DNA of 32,000 nt from Haloferax volcanii DS2 (GTDB lineage Archaea > Halobacteriota > Halobacteria > Halobacteriales > Haloferacaceae), in assembly GCF_000025685.1 (NCBI RefSeq), contig NC_013966.1:450001-482000 (forward strand), written 5' to 3'. This document shows positions 7,659 to 15,928 of this stretch, piece by piece; the first letter of the stretch is position 1; every line of letters starts with the position of its first letter. The notes beneath the pieces were generated by a model. It ran no database searches and was not told where the DNA came from. It saw nothing but the letters and a program-made list of their open reading frames with translations. A program made the position numbers and the translations under genes.

Positions 7659-7904
7659 AATCTTGATATCGTACTGGTCCGCAATATCGCGGGCATGCTG
7701 GAGAACTTCAGATGCGTGCTCTTCGGCGGCCTGTTCGATGTCGCTCTCCAACGCGAGACCCATCGCTTTTCCCATCATTGGAGACGGTTCTCCAACAACG
7801 TGTAAGACGGTGATGTCCGCACCTGCATGGGTTTCGAGAGCGTACTTGAGAGCCCGTTCGGACATCTCCGAGTCATCCATCGGAACGAGGACACGCGAAA
7901 TCAT
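7659..7904 (-). pseudogene. universal stress protein gene, 5' half (split by ISH3 copy 2)
   Basis: MISRVLVPMDDSEMSERALKYALETHAGADITVLHVVGEP...ADQYDIKI is a typical Usp N-terminus. The listed ORF 7632..7904 reads on into the IS end (YFTKPFS*). Confidence 0.8.
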
Positions 7905-8052
7905 CTACTCTCATATTCGGGAGAGCTGAGCAAAACTGTTGCCCCATATAACTCACCCATAACTTATAGACATCATATATAATGGGTTCAAAATACGTTT
8001 GCAGAGGTTTTATAACGGCATAGTTCACTATTCTGTACGTGGAGGTGCAACA

Positions 8053-8292
8053 ATGACGAATACCGGACCAACGCACAGGAACGAATCGGGCTTCGAAAGA
8101 CTTGCTGCCCTGTTCGGCATTCGCTCACAGCACAACCTCGTCCTCGCAGGAATGCCCCCCACCATCCTGTGTACCTACCTCATCGCCACGCAGGTTCTCA
8201 ACGCCACTGGCTCTGCGATCACTGCCAGTGCCCTTGTGAGCACTGTTCTCGTTGCCGACGACCTCTTTAGACGCCCCCCGATCCCTGGATAG
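8053..8292 (+). CDS. small hypothetical protein, possibly a membrane protein
   Basis: The ATG at 8053 is preceded by GGAGGTG (8041..8047). The ORF is open from 7999. It has a hydrophobic central segment. Confidence 0.4.
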   Translation: MTNTGPTHRNESGFERLAALFGIRSQHNLVLAGMPPTILCTYLIATQVLNATGSAITASALVSTVLVADDLFRRPPIPG

Positions 8293-8432
8293 GTCGCCTG
8301 TAACGTTCTTCGCCCGGTTGTATCGCTCTCTGAGAGACCCCTACCTGTAACTATGCACGCTACTTACCCCCTACCACGAAACATCGCCGCACCGACGATG
8401 AATCAGTCACACCGACAGGGAGGTGTTCTCCG

Positions 8433-10358
8433 ATGACTCTATTCCAACTTGCGACTCAAGCCGGGCCGGTCTCCGGAGTGACGACGGAGATGCTCGTCGT
8501 CTTCCTCGTGATTCTCGGGGCAATCGTCCTATTCGTCACCGAGTGGCTGCCCATCGACGTGACCGCCATCGCCATCATGGTCACGCTCATCGTCCTCGAA
8601 CCCTGGACGGACATCTCGCCAGCAGAAGGCATCTCCGGATTCTCCAGTTCGGCGACCATCACCGTCCTTGCCATGCTCATCCTGAGTGCAGGAATTAGTC
8701 GCACAGGGATTGTCCAGATTGTCGGCCGGAAGATCTCCTCGTTCGCCGGCGAGAGCCTCAACAAACAATTGCTGGCCACAATCGGTGTAACGGGCCCCGT
8801 CTCAGGATTCATCAACAACACACCGGTTGTCGCCATTCTCGTGCCGGTCATCTCCGACGTCGCACACAAGGGGAAGACGTCGCCGTCGAAACTCCTCATC
8901 CCTCTCTCGTACGCCTCTCAATTTGGCGGAATGCTCACTCTCATCGGCACGTCGACGAACATCCTCGCTAGCGATACGGCGGCCCGTCTCTCCGGTGAGT
9001 ACCCCGCGCTTCACGCGTTCGATTTCTTCGAGTTCACCATCCTCGGCGTCATCGTCCTCCTCACCGGCTCGGCGTATCTCCTCACTATCGGGCACCGACT
9101 GCTGCCCGAACGTGTGCCAGTCGAAGAGGACTACGTCGAAGAATACGAGATCGCGGACTATCTCGCAGAAGTAGTCGTTCGGGACCACTCGCCACTGGTC
9201 GGGCAAACCGTCGAAACGGCCATCGAAGAGGCCAGAACGGACGCCGACATCCTTCAGCTCATCCGCGACGGTGAACGGTTCACCGAACCACTGGCCCGCA
9301 AACAAATCCACGCCGGTGACACCCTACTCATTCGTGCGAGCAGGGACACGCTTGAGCAACTCGCTGCGGTCGACGACCTCGCCATTGAGGGTTCCGTTGA
9401 TACCGACGAAGAACTCGACCCCGAGCCGAGTGACAACCAGTCCATCGTCGAAGTTGTCATCCCATCGCGGTCGTTCCTCGTCGGGGAGACGCTCACGAGT
9501 TCGACCTTCCGACAGCGCTACGACGGCAACGTCCTCGCGCTCCGGAGCCGCGGTGAAGTCATCCGTGACCGCATGGATGAGATCAAGATCCGAGCGGGTG
9601 ACACGCTCCTGGTGCAGGCCGAGCCCGACAGCATCGACCGAATGGCACAGAACCGTGATTTCGTTCTCGGACACGAGGCTGACGAGCCCAATTACCGGAC
9701 CAACAAAATCCCACACGCGATCGCCATCATGTTCGGTGTCGTCGGACTCGTGGCGATCCCGTGGGCATTCCTTGGAAACGCGCTGGCATCGCTCACCGGC
9801 ATCGAAGGACTCGCTATGCTCGCCAGTCTCCAACAGCCGATTCTGGTCACTGCCCTCGGCGGCGTCGTCGCGATGGTCGTCGCGGGCGTTCTGAAGCCGA
9901 ACGAACTGTATGACTCGGTTGACTGGGACGTCATCTTCCTCTTGGCGGGCGTCATTCCGCTGGGGATCGCGCTCGAACAAACAGGGGCAGCGATGCTGCT
10001 CGGGAATCTAGTTGCCACGGCTGCAGACTTCCTCCCTGTGCTCCTTGTCCTGTGGCTGTTCTACATCGCTACAGGACTCATCACAGAAGTCATCAGCAAC
10101 AACGCGAGCGTGGTGTTGATGATCCCCGTCGCTGCGGCTGCCGCGACTGCGATCAACGCGAATCCGTTCGCGTTCGTCCTCGCGGTGACGTTCGCCGCGT
10201 CGACGGCGTTCCTCGGCCCGGTCGGGTACCAGACCAATCTGTTTGTGTATGGGCCTGGCGGGTACAAGTTCACCGACTACTTCCGGGTGGGGGCACCACT
10301 TCAGTTGCTTCTCTCAACCGTCACGGTGCTCGGAATCGCCTTGTTCTGGGGGATCTAA
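8433..10358 (+). CDS. SLC13/DASS-type anion permease with two central TrkA-C (RCK_C) domains
   Basis: 641 aa with GGGAGGTG upstream. N- and C-terminal multi-TM halves (..GFINNTPVVAILVPV.., ..ISNNASVVLMIPVA..) flank two repeats of the pattern L.G.T...........V..I.R....I.....I..GD.LLV. Confidence 0.8.
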   Translation: MTLFQLATQAGPVSGVTTEMLVVFLVILGAIVLFVTEWLPIDVTAIAIMVTLIVLEPWTDISPAEGISGFSSSATITVLAMLILSAGISRTGIVQIVGRKISSFAGESLNKQLLATIGVTGPVSGFINNTPVVAILVPVISDVAHKGKTSPSKLLIPLSYASQFGGMLTLIGTSTNILASDTAARLSGEYPALHAFDFFEFTILGVIVLLTGSAYLLTIGHRLLPERVPVEEDYVEEYEIADYLAEVVVRDHSPLVGQTVETAIEEARTDADILQLIRDGERFTEPLARKQIHAGDTLLIRASRDTLEQLAAVDDLAIEGSVDTDEELDPEPSDNQSIVEVVIPSRSFLVGETLTSSTFRQRYDGNVLALRSRGEVIRDRMDEIKIRAGDTLLVQAEPDSIDRMAQNRDFVLGHEADEPNYRTNKIPHAIAIMFGVVGLVAIPWAFLGNALASLTGIEGLAMLASLQQPILVTALGGVVAMVVAGVLKPNELYDSVDWDVIFLLAGVIPLGIALEQTGAAMLLGNLVATAADFLPVLLVLWLFYIATGLITEVISNNASVVLMIPVAAAAATAINANPFAFVLAVTFAASTAFLGPVGYQTNLFVYGPGGYKFTDYFRVGAPLQLLLSTVTVLGIALFWGI

Positions 10359-10366
10359 TAGGAACT

Positions 10367-11248
10367 ATGTTCGACCGCATACTGCTCCCCGTGGATGGAA
10401 GTGCAGCGAGTGCGCGAGCGCGTGAGTACGCACTTCTGCTCGCTGAAGCATACGGCGGGGAGATACATGCACTCGCGGTCCTTGACTCTAGTGACGTCCC
10501 TGAGAATGTCGATGCTGCGGTGGTCGAGGATCCGATTGACACAGACGTTCGGCAGACCGCGAACGAGGCGATTGCGTCGGTAATTGAAGCGAGTGAGCAA
10601 GCAGGTGTCTCTGTCATCGACTCCATTAGGAGAGGAACCCCGGTGGAAGAGATTCTTGCATACGCCACTGAGAACGAGATCGACTTGGTCGTCCTCGGTG
10701 CACACACGCCAGGGCGTCTCGCGCGGTTTCTGCGTGACTCTATCGTCGAACAGGTCATTCAACAGTCACCTGTCCCAGTGTGGTCCGTTCGGGAAGGAGA
10801 GGATCAAGAGCCAGTAAGGATCCAGCAAATTCTGGTGGCGACTGACGGCAGCGAGGGCGCCCGCCGCGCCAGTGAATACGCGTTCGATCTTGGCAGTACA
10901 TTCGACGCATCCGTCCGTGGCCTCTACGTCGTGGAGAGTCGATTCGGAAGCGCGGGTTCGCTCCACACGCTGCTATCACGGGAGGGTGAGCGGATTCTGA
11001 GAGAACTTCGAGCAGGAGGGGCTCAAGCAGGAATCGATGTCACCCCAACGACTCGGGAGGGTCAGCCAGCCAACGAGATTCTGTCGGCCGCATCTGACTG
11101 CAATGCCGACCTCATTGTCCTCGGGACGCAGGGAAAGACAGGGCTGGATCGGTTGGTTATGGGAAGCGTTGCAACTAGTGTTGTCCGCCACGCAGACCGA
11201 CCTGTGTTGACAGTTCGGGAGTTCGTGGAAGAAAGGCCCAGCGAGTGA
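10367..11248 (+). CDS. tandem universal stress protein (two UspA domains)
   Basis: MFDRILLPVDGSAAS... and a second domain IQQILVATDGSEGARRA. Both end in G..G......GSV-type motifs. The ORF-track start 10052 overlaps the transporter and is rejected. Confidence 0.85.
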   Translation: MFDRILLPVDGSAASARAREYALLLAEAYGGEIHALAVLDSSDVPENVDAAVVEDPIDTDVRQTANEAIASVIEASEQAGVSVIDSIRRGTPVEEILAYATENEIDLVVLGAHTPGRLARFLRDSIVEQVIQQSPVPVWSVREGEDQEPVRIQQILVATDGSEGARRASEYAFDLGSTFDASVRGLYVVESRFGSAGSLHTLLSREGERILRELRAGGAQAGIDVTPTTREGQPANEILSAASDCNADLIVLGTQGKTGLDRLVMGSVATSVVRHADRPVLTVREFVEERPSE

Positions 11249-11416
11249 GTCGAGTCACTGTGCCTGAATACGTCCGAAGAGTCCTACCTGTACCTGGTTG
11301 ACTTTGTAAGCGATGCAATCCTATTGAGCACGCGGTTCGTATCGCAGTTATATGGGTTCAGCAAAGTCACCGAAATTCAAATACAGAGACGAGGGAAGGT
11401 GCTGACAGACAACTCT

Positions 11417-12301
11417 ATGAATGGACGTCAATCTGATTTTGAGGAACTCCGACCCCTTGGTGAAGCGACTCGCGTTCCCGACGACGAGCTTTCTGGACGG
11501 GAAAACGCTGGGCAAGTAGAGGGACAGCGAAGGGAAACACTCGAATCGTATTCAGATCGAACGAGATCGACACGGAGCGAGTGTTCCTCGTGCGGTGCTT
11601 CGATTCTTTCGAACCGTACCAAGTGTCGGTTCTGCCTCTCGAACCATCTCGATGGAACTAGCGACGATAGTCGCATCCCGGATACTGGGTGGACACTACT
11701 CCACGTCGTCCATCTGCTCGTCGAAGCGTCGACGTTCTACGCCGCCGTCGCGAAGGGTGCTGCTGCAGCCACGCTCCTCACGAAGGCCGATAGGGATCCA
11801 GCGGTCGACGACTGCCAGCTGCTCTACGACCTCGATACAAAGCCCGCCGCACAGCTGACCGACAAGTGGCCCTCGCTCCCCGAAGCAGTTCGAGTCACCT
11901 CTGAAAGCGGTGAACAGCTACTCACAACCGCTCGTAAGCGCACGGAACAGACAGAGTCGACGCAGTCGTCGTGTGAAGGGGCGCACACGACGTTCCTCTA
12001 CGACGAGGGAGGGTACGACGTTAGTGAGGAAAGTCGGCTTACAGACTTGCTTGAGAGGGCCGAGAGCGACGTCTGGTTAGTGCCAGCAATTGCACTCCAG
12101 CGTTCCGTCGACGACGAGCACTCAGAGGATCGTCGGCCCAACATTCCCTCGAAAACACGTCTTGACTGTCGCAAGTGCGGTCGAACGACTGAGCATCAGT
12201 TCCAGGAGTTCGAGTCTATCCCGGCTGACGAGTGGTCTGGCCAGCCAATGTGGGAGTGCCAGGTGTGTCAGTCGCCTCGTCACGGACCAGACCCCGAGTA
12301 A
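11417..12301 (+). CDS. hypothetical protein with N- and C-terminal zinc-ribbon motifs
   Basis: ORF open from 11324 (TTG); ATG at 11417. Motifs CSSCG..x9..CRFC and CRKCG..x25..CQVC. Acidic. Confidence 0.6.
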   Translation: MNGRQSDFEELRPLGEATRVPDDELSGRENAGQVEGQRRETLESYSDRTRSTRSECSSCGASILSNRTKCRFCLSNHLDGTSDDSRIPDTGWTLLHVVHLLVEASTFYAAVAKGAAAATLLTKADRDPAVDDCQLLYDLDTKPAAQLTDKWPSLPEAVRVTSESGEQLLTTARKRTEQTESTQSSCEGAHTTFLYDEGGYDVSEESRLTDLLERAESDVWLVPAIALQRSVDDEHSEDRRPNIPSKTRLDCRKCGRTTEHQFQEFESIPADEWSGQPMWECQVCQSPRHGPDPE

Positions 12302-12321
12302 GAAAATCGGTTGAACAACAT

Positions 12322-12363
12322 CTTAACCAACACAGGATGTTTACACGAAGCCTGTTGGTTAAG
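12322..12363 (+). repeat. palindromic element copy 2: CTTAACCAACA - 20 nt - TGTTGGTTAAG
   Basis: Perfect 11-bp arms at 12322..12332 and 12353..12363. It begins 21 nt after the 12301 stop codon. A T5 run lies at 12408..12412. Confidence 0.7.
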
Positions 12364-12439
12364 GCTGGTGCAGGGCTTCAGCGAGAGACATCAGCGTACC
12401 GCCCTCGTTTTTCTGCGCCAGAAGTCAGCGGAGGCGTAC

Positions 12440-12631
12440 ATGATGGACCCACGAGACACACCTGGATACCGACTGCATCGCGCACTCAGCAACCTCAACA
12501 GCATCGATATCGAGCAACTGGACGCTCCCGACCGAGAGCGAATCGTTGAGGCCACCACGCTTCTGGAACAAGTAGGACTGCTCACTCGGCCAGGTGCTTC
12601 GGAGAAAGCAAACCCCAAGGCCGAATCCTGA
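12440..12631 (+). CDS. small hypothetical protein (63 aa)
   Basis: The ATGATG start is preceded by GGAGG (12430..12434). Acidic. The ORF-track start 12311 would run through the palindromic element. Confidence 0.45.
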   Translation: MMDPRDTPGYRLHRALSNLNSIDIEQLDAPDRERIVEATTLLEQVGLLTRPGASEKANPKAES

Positions 12632-12671
12632 GGAAAGGCTCGGTCGAACAGCGTCGGTTCATCTCCTCTTC

Positions 12672-12706
12672 CAGTCGATTTTATTCCCCCAAAGGGGTGC
12701 GGGGGT
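12672..12706 (+). promoter_or_regulatory. promoter cassette copy 2: CAGTCGAT-TTTATT-CCCCCAAAGGGG-TGCGGGGGT
   Basis: TTTATT at 12680..12685 lies 52 nt before ATG 12732, the same architecture and spacing as 5098..5130. Confidence 0.5.
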
Positions 12707-12731
12707 AAGAAAGTGCCCTCGAGGACTAACA

Positions 12732-13064
12732 ATGGCAACACTCCAAGCAGCGACGACGTCGACCGGCGCGACCGTAACCGATGCACAGGCAGTCCGCCAG
12801 CTCTGCGAAGCACATTGCTTCGGGACCCTGAATTGGGAAGTAGATGAAGAAGGGGAGCTCATCATCTGGGGCTACGACGCCTTCGAGATCTACGAAGCTC
12901 GTGAAGATGGACTTCCAGAATACGAAGGTGGTCTCGTCACTCACGAATTCCTCCGAAAGCTGGCCAACTATCTCGAGCCCGGTGAAGAACTCGACATCCA
13001 GACCGCGGGGTACACGAAATGCCGGTTCCCGGTACTGGCAAAGCGATCATCCGTGTTCGGTTAA
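12732..13064 (+). CDS. hypothetical protein whose 3' end is replaced by IS sequence (probably truncated)
   Basis: MATLQAATTS...IQTAGYTKCRFPVLAKR is native through codon 105. The last 5 codons and the stop (SSVFG*) lie inside the IS4-like terminal repeat. Confidence 0.55.
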   Translation: MATLQAATTSTGATVTDAQAVRQLCEAHCFGTLNWEVDEEGELIIWGYDAFEIYEAREDGLPEYEGGLVTHEFLRKLANYLEPGEELDIQTAGYTKCRFPVLAKRSSVFG

Positions 13065-14442
13065 GCGGAGAAACCGACAGACGGCGCTCTAGTGACGAAG
13101 CTATCGTTGTAGACCGCGTGGGGAGAGAATGTGCTAAACCAACTCTCCCCGGATCTCATACGACGACGGTTGACTTCCCTGTTTCCCACCGAGCTAATCG
13201 AAGACATCGCGCGCGAGCGCGATGTCGTCCAGCGTGACCGGAAAATCGACATCACGATGCTCGTCTGGACGCTCATCATGGGCTTCGCCGTCGACGGCGA
13301 AGCCCGAACTATCGCCGGCTTTCAACGGGCGTACTCCGCAGCAACCAACCAGACCGTTGCCCGCTCAAGCTTCTACGATCGGTTCACGCCGGCCCTCGCA
13401 GCACTGTTGAACGACCTCCTCGAGCACGCTCTCGAGGAGGTCGCGGTTCCTCACACGATCGCGCCACAGTTCGAGCTGTTTCGAGACGTACTGATCGCCG
13501 ATGCAACCGTGTTCAGGTTGCATCGGCTCCTCGATTCGTTTCCAGCCACTCACTCGGGTCAATCCGGCGCGAAACTCCACCTCGTGCAGAACGCGACCAA
13601 GCAGACGATCGAGCAGTTCCAGCTCACCGATGAACGCACCCACGAGAGCAGCCAACTCCGCACCGGGAGTTGGCTACGAGGCCGGCTGTTACTGTTCGAT
13701 CTGGGCTTCTACAGTTTCCGCCGCTTCGCGTTGATCGAGGAGAACGGCGGGTTCTTCCTGAGTCGGCTGAAGTCGAACGCGAATCCGTTGATCGTTGGAG
13801 AGCGACGGAAATGGCGCGGGCGCGCCATTTCCTTGCCAGAGCGTCGTCTTCGGGACGTTCTGGAAGATCTCAGTCGGGAGATCATCGACGTAACGGTAGA
13901 GATCGAGTTCAAACGGCGGGCATACGCTGGGAAGGAATCAACGGATTCGATGGAGTTTCGCGTCGTCGGTGTCCGCAACGAGGACACCGACGACTACCAC
14001 CTGTACGTGACGAATCTGCCCGATGAGTTCACTCCAAGGCAGGTCGGGGCGCTGTACGGGTTGCGGTGGGAAGTGGAGTTGGTGTTCCGGGAACTGAAGT
14101 CGCTGTATGGGCTGGAGAAATTCCAGACGAGTGATCCAGCGATCGTGGAGCTGTTAGTGGTGGCGGCTCTGCTGACGCTGACGGTCAGCAGAGCCTTGCT
14201 CGGGGTGTTTCAGGAGCTGTTCCCAGAGACAGTGTTTCCGCGAGAACGCTGGGCGAAGACCTTCCGGTCTCTCGCCCAGCTCATGCTCGAAGATCTGGCC
14301 CAGTCGTTCGGCCATCCACCGCCGAACCTGTCGGAACTGCTGTTTCGTGACGCCCGCCAACCAGAGAAATCGCGGCTCTTACTCAACGAACGAGTAGCTG
14401 AGGCCTTCAGGAGGCGATCCAGTGCTTAACCGAACACCAATG
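13048..14442 (+). mobile_element. IS4-family (ISH8-like) insertion sequence, ~1.39 kb
   Basis: The left terminal repeat is CATCCGTGTTCGGTTAAGC (13048..). The reverse complement of the right end (..14442) is CATTGGTGTTCGGTTAAGC, a 17/19 match, and the 14-bp core 13053..13066 / 14424..14437 is perfect. I could find no flanking direct repeat. Confidence 0.8.
13131..14429 (+). CDS. IS4-family DDE transposase (ISH8-like)
   Basis: 432 aa with the IS4 signature Y-2-R-3-E-6-K in YGLRWEVELVFRELK. Candidate D residues lie in LIADATVF and LLLFDLGFYS. Confidence 0.85.
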   Translation: MLNQLSPDLIRRRLTSLFPTELIEDIARERDVVQRDRKIDITMLVWTLIMGFAVDGEARTIAGFQRAYSAATNQTVARSSFYDRFTPALAALLNDLLEHALEEVAVPHTIAPQFELFRDVLIADATVFRLHRLLDSFPATHSGQSGAKLHLVQNATKQTIEQFQLTDERTHESSQLRTGSWLRGRLLLFDLGFYSFRRFALIEENGGFFLSRLKSNANPLIVGERRKWRGRAISLPERRLRDVLEDLSREIIDVTVEIEFKRRAYAGKESTDSMEFRVVGVRNEDTDDYHLYVTNLPDEFTPRQVGALYGLRWEVELVFRELKSLYGLEKFQTSDPAIVELLVVAALLTLTVSRALLGVFQELFPETVFPRERWAKTFRSLAQLMLEDLAQSFGHPPPNLSELLFRDARQPEKSRLLLNERVAEAFRRRSSA

Positions 14443-14501
14443 TTGCTTGGACACATCTTCAGCAAGCAGACGTCTCAACTAACAGGCTTTGTGATGTACT
14501 G
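14443..14501 (-). mobile_element. 59-bp remnant of a third ISH3-family copy (transposase-proximal end only)
   Basis: The reverse complement CAGTACATCACAAAGCCTGTTAGTTGAGACGTCTGCTTGCTGAAGATGTGTC.. aligns with 2645..2705 of copy 1 with a few mismatches and a 6-nt gap. It abuts the IS4-like right end directly. Confidence 0.75.
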
Positions 14502-14556
14502 AGCCTTGCAGTCTGTGAACGATGGCGTCCCGCTTGAGTCCAAAAAGTACATTCCG

Positions 14557-14709
14557 CTATTCTGGACGGACAACTTCGTCGCAGGAATAGCACTCAGCGA
14601 ACACGCCAGTTGTCCCATCGCCATCCTCGAACTCAATGAGTGACTGGTATGCTTCAATCACTTCGCTGCAATCAGGACATCGACCAAGCGCTGTCGAATC
14701 ACTCGTCAT
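14557..14709 (-). CDS. small zinc-finger protein (50 aa; CPDC..x24..CYSC)
   Basis: MTSDSTALGRCPDCSEVIEAYQSLIEFEDGDGTTGVFAECYSCDEVVRPE. The ORF is open to 14814, but that extension runs through the AT-rich iteron region. Confidence 0.5.
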   Translation of the reverse strand: MTSDSTALGRCPDCSEVIEAYQSLIEFEDGDGTTGVFAECYSCDEVVRPE

Positions 14710-14794
14710 GGGGAATTGTGGAGACTCATGTGACACGATCTGTCTCCAGTAGTGTCCACACGGTGCCACAGCAAAGATGTTTGGCCACAATATT

Positions 14795-15051
14795 TGTTCA
14801 TCCAATATATTCATGAATTGTGTTCATGAACTCTGTTCAGTAAATACTCGGAGTACTCCACAGACCGCCTGCAATAAGGGATGAGCATAGCCTCACCCAG
14901 CCATGGCGTTCGTTGTGTTTGTTCATCGTATGTGTTCAGTATATTTATTCATTGAGTACATTCATTGCTGAACTCAACGAATGAACGTGCCTGTTGAACA
15001 CAATGAGTGCATGCACAGAAGATTCAAGGTGATGGTTCATCATGAACACAG
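14795..15051. repeat. iteron field of about 10 copies of a GTTCA(T/G) / TGAAC core, a candidate centromere or operator for the par module
   Basis: TGTTCA occurs at 14795, 14821, 14834, 14930 and 14943. TGAACA occurs at 14995 and 15043, and (C/A)TGAAC at 14968 and 14981. Palindromes are GTTCATGAAC (14822..14831) and GTTCAT-C-ATGAAC (15035..15047). The background is AT-rich. Confidence 0.6.
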
Positions 15052-15052
15052 T

Positions 15053-15928
15053 ATGCTCACATATTCGACCTACAGCGAGGCAGGCGGGGTCGGGAAGACG
15101 ACCACCGCAGCAAACCTAGCGGTTGCGCACGCTCGGGCAGGGTTGAAACCGCTCGTCGTTCCGCTTGACCCACAAGACGGCGATCTCTCGCGTCTCTTCG
15201 GGGTTGACGACCAGCGGACGGATTCAGTCGATAACATCGTCCGGCATATGATTCGACGCCCCAACGGCGACTTTGACGATCTCATTCGGACCGTTGAGGG
15301 TGTCGACATCGTTCCGGAGCACAATATGCTCTCAGATTTAGCCGATTTTCTCCAGCGAGAGAAAGACCAGGCGGAAGCCATGGGCGAAGCATTCGGGATG
15401 CACGCACAGTTACTCCGTGTGCTCCGCGAGGCCGGCGTCCCGGAGGAGTACGATGTACTGATCTGTGACCCGCCAGCAACTGAAGGGCCACACCTCTACA
15501 ACGCGATTCACGCGACGCGGTCGCTTGTCATCCCCGTCGAGCCAAGCGCAAAGGGCCGTGCAGCAGTTGAGGGGCTTGAAGCCCTCGTCGCCGGGTTTGA
15601 AGACCAACTTGAGATTGACGTTGGTGTGCTCGCCGCCGTGCCAACCGGATTCAAAAACACACGTGACCAACGGCAGGTACTAGCTGAAATCGACTATCCG
15701 ATCCCAGAGATCATCAGCGAGCGTGCCTCCCTGATGGAGGGGTGCTGGATGGAACAATGTTCGGCGTTCAAATACGTTCGTGAACATCGTAATCGCCGCC
15801 GTGACTACGAAATCGAGACGCTTGCCCAGTTCGACCGCATCGCGAGGCATCTGGAAGAACAGGTTGGTATCGACGCGCCAAACCCCCCGGAACCGGGTGA
15901 CGTCGACCACGAGGTGGTGACGGTATGA
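15053..15928 (+). CDS. parA: ParA/Soj-family partition ATPase
   Basis: The deviant Walker A region reads YSTYSEAGGVGKTTTAANLA, and the Walker B-like segment is YDVLICDPP. The ORF is open from 14981, and ATG 15053 places the P-loop at the usual distance from the N-terminus. Confidence 0.85.
   Translation: MLTYSTYSEAGGVGKTTTAANLAVAHARAGLKPLVVPLDPQDGDLSRLFGVDDQRTDSVDNIVRHMIRRPNGDFDDLIRTVEGVDIVPEHNMLSDLADFLQREKDQAEAMGEAFGMHAQLLRVLREAGVPEEYDVLICDPPATEGPHLYNAIHATRSLVIPVEPSAKGRAAVEGLEALVAGFEDQLEIDVGVLAAVPTGFKNTRDQRQVLAEIDYPIPEIISERASLMEGCWMEQCSAFKYVREHRNRRRDYEIETLAQFDRIARHLEEQVGIDAPNPPEPGDVDHEVVTV

Noticed and set aside
8340-8349. 10-mer CCTACCTGTA shared between 8340..8349 (upstream of the SLC13 gene) and 11283..11292 (downstream of the tandem usp), plus CCTGTAAC twice at 8297..8351
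   Set aside because: It is short, has no palindromic or positional logic relative to starts, and could be chance or a weak terminator-region bias. It is not enough to call a motif.
10052-10366. N-terminal 105-codon extension of the tandem Usp ORF
   Set aside because: It overlaps the end of the SLC13 transporter in another frame and is Arg-rich. The canonical Usp N-terminus MFDRILLPVDGS starts at 10367.
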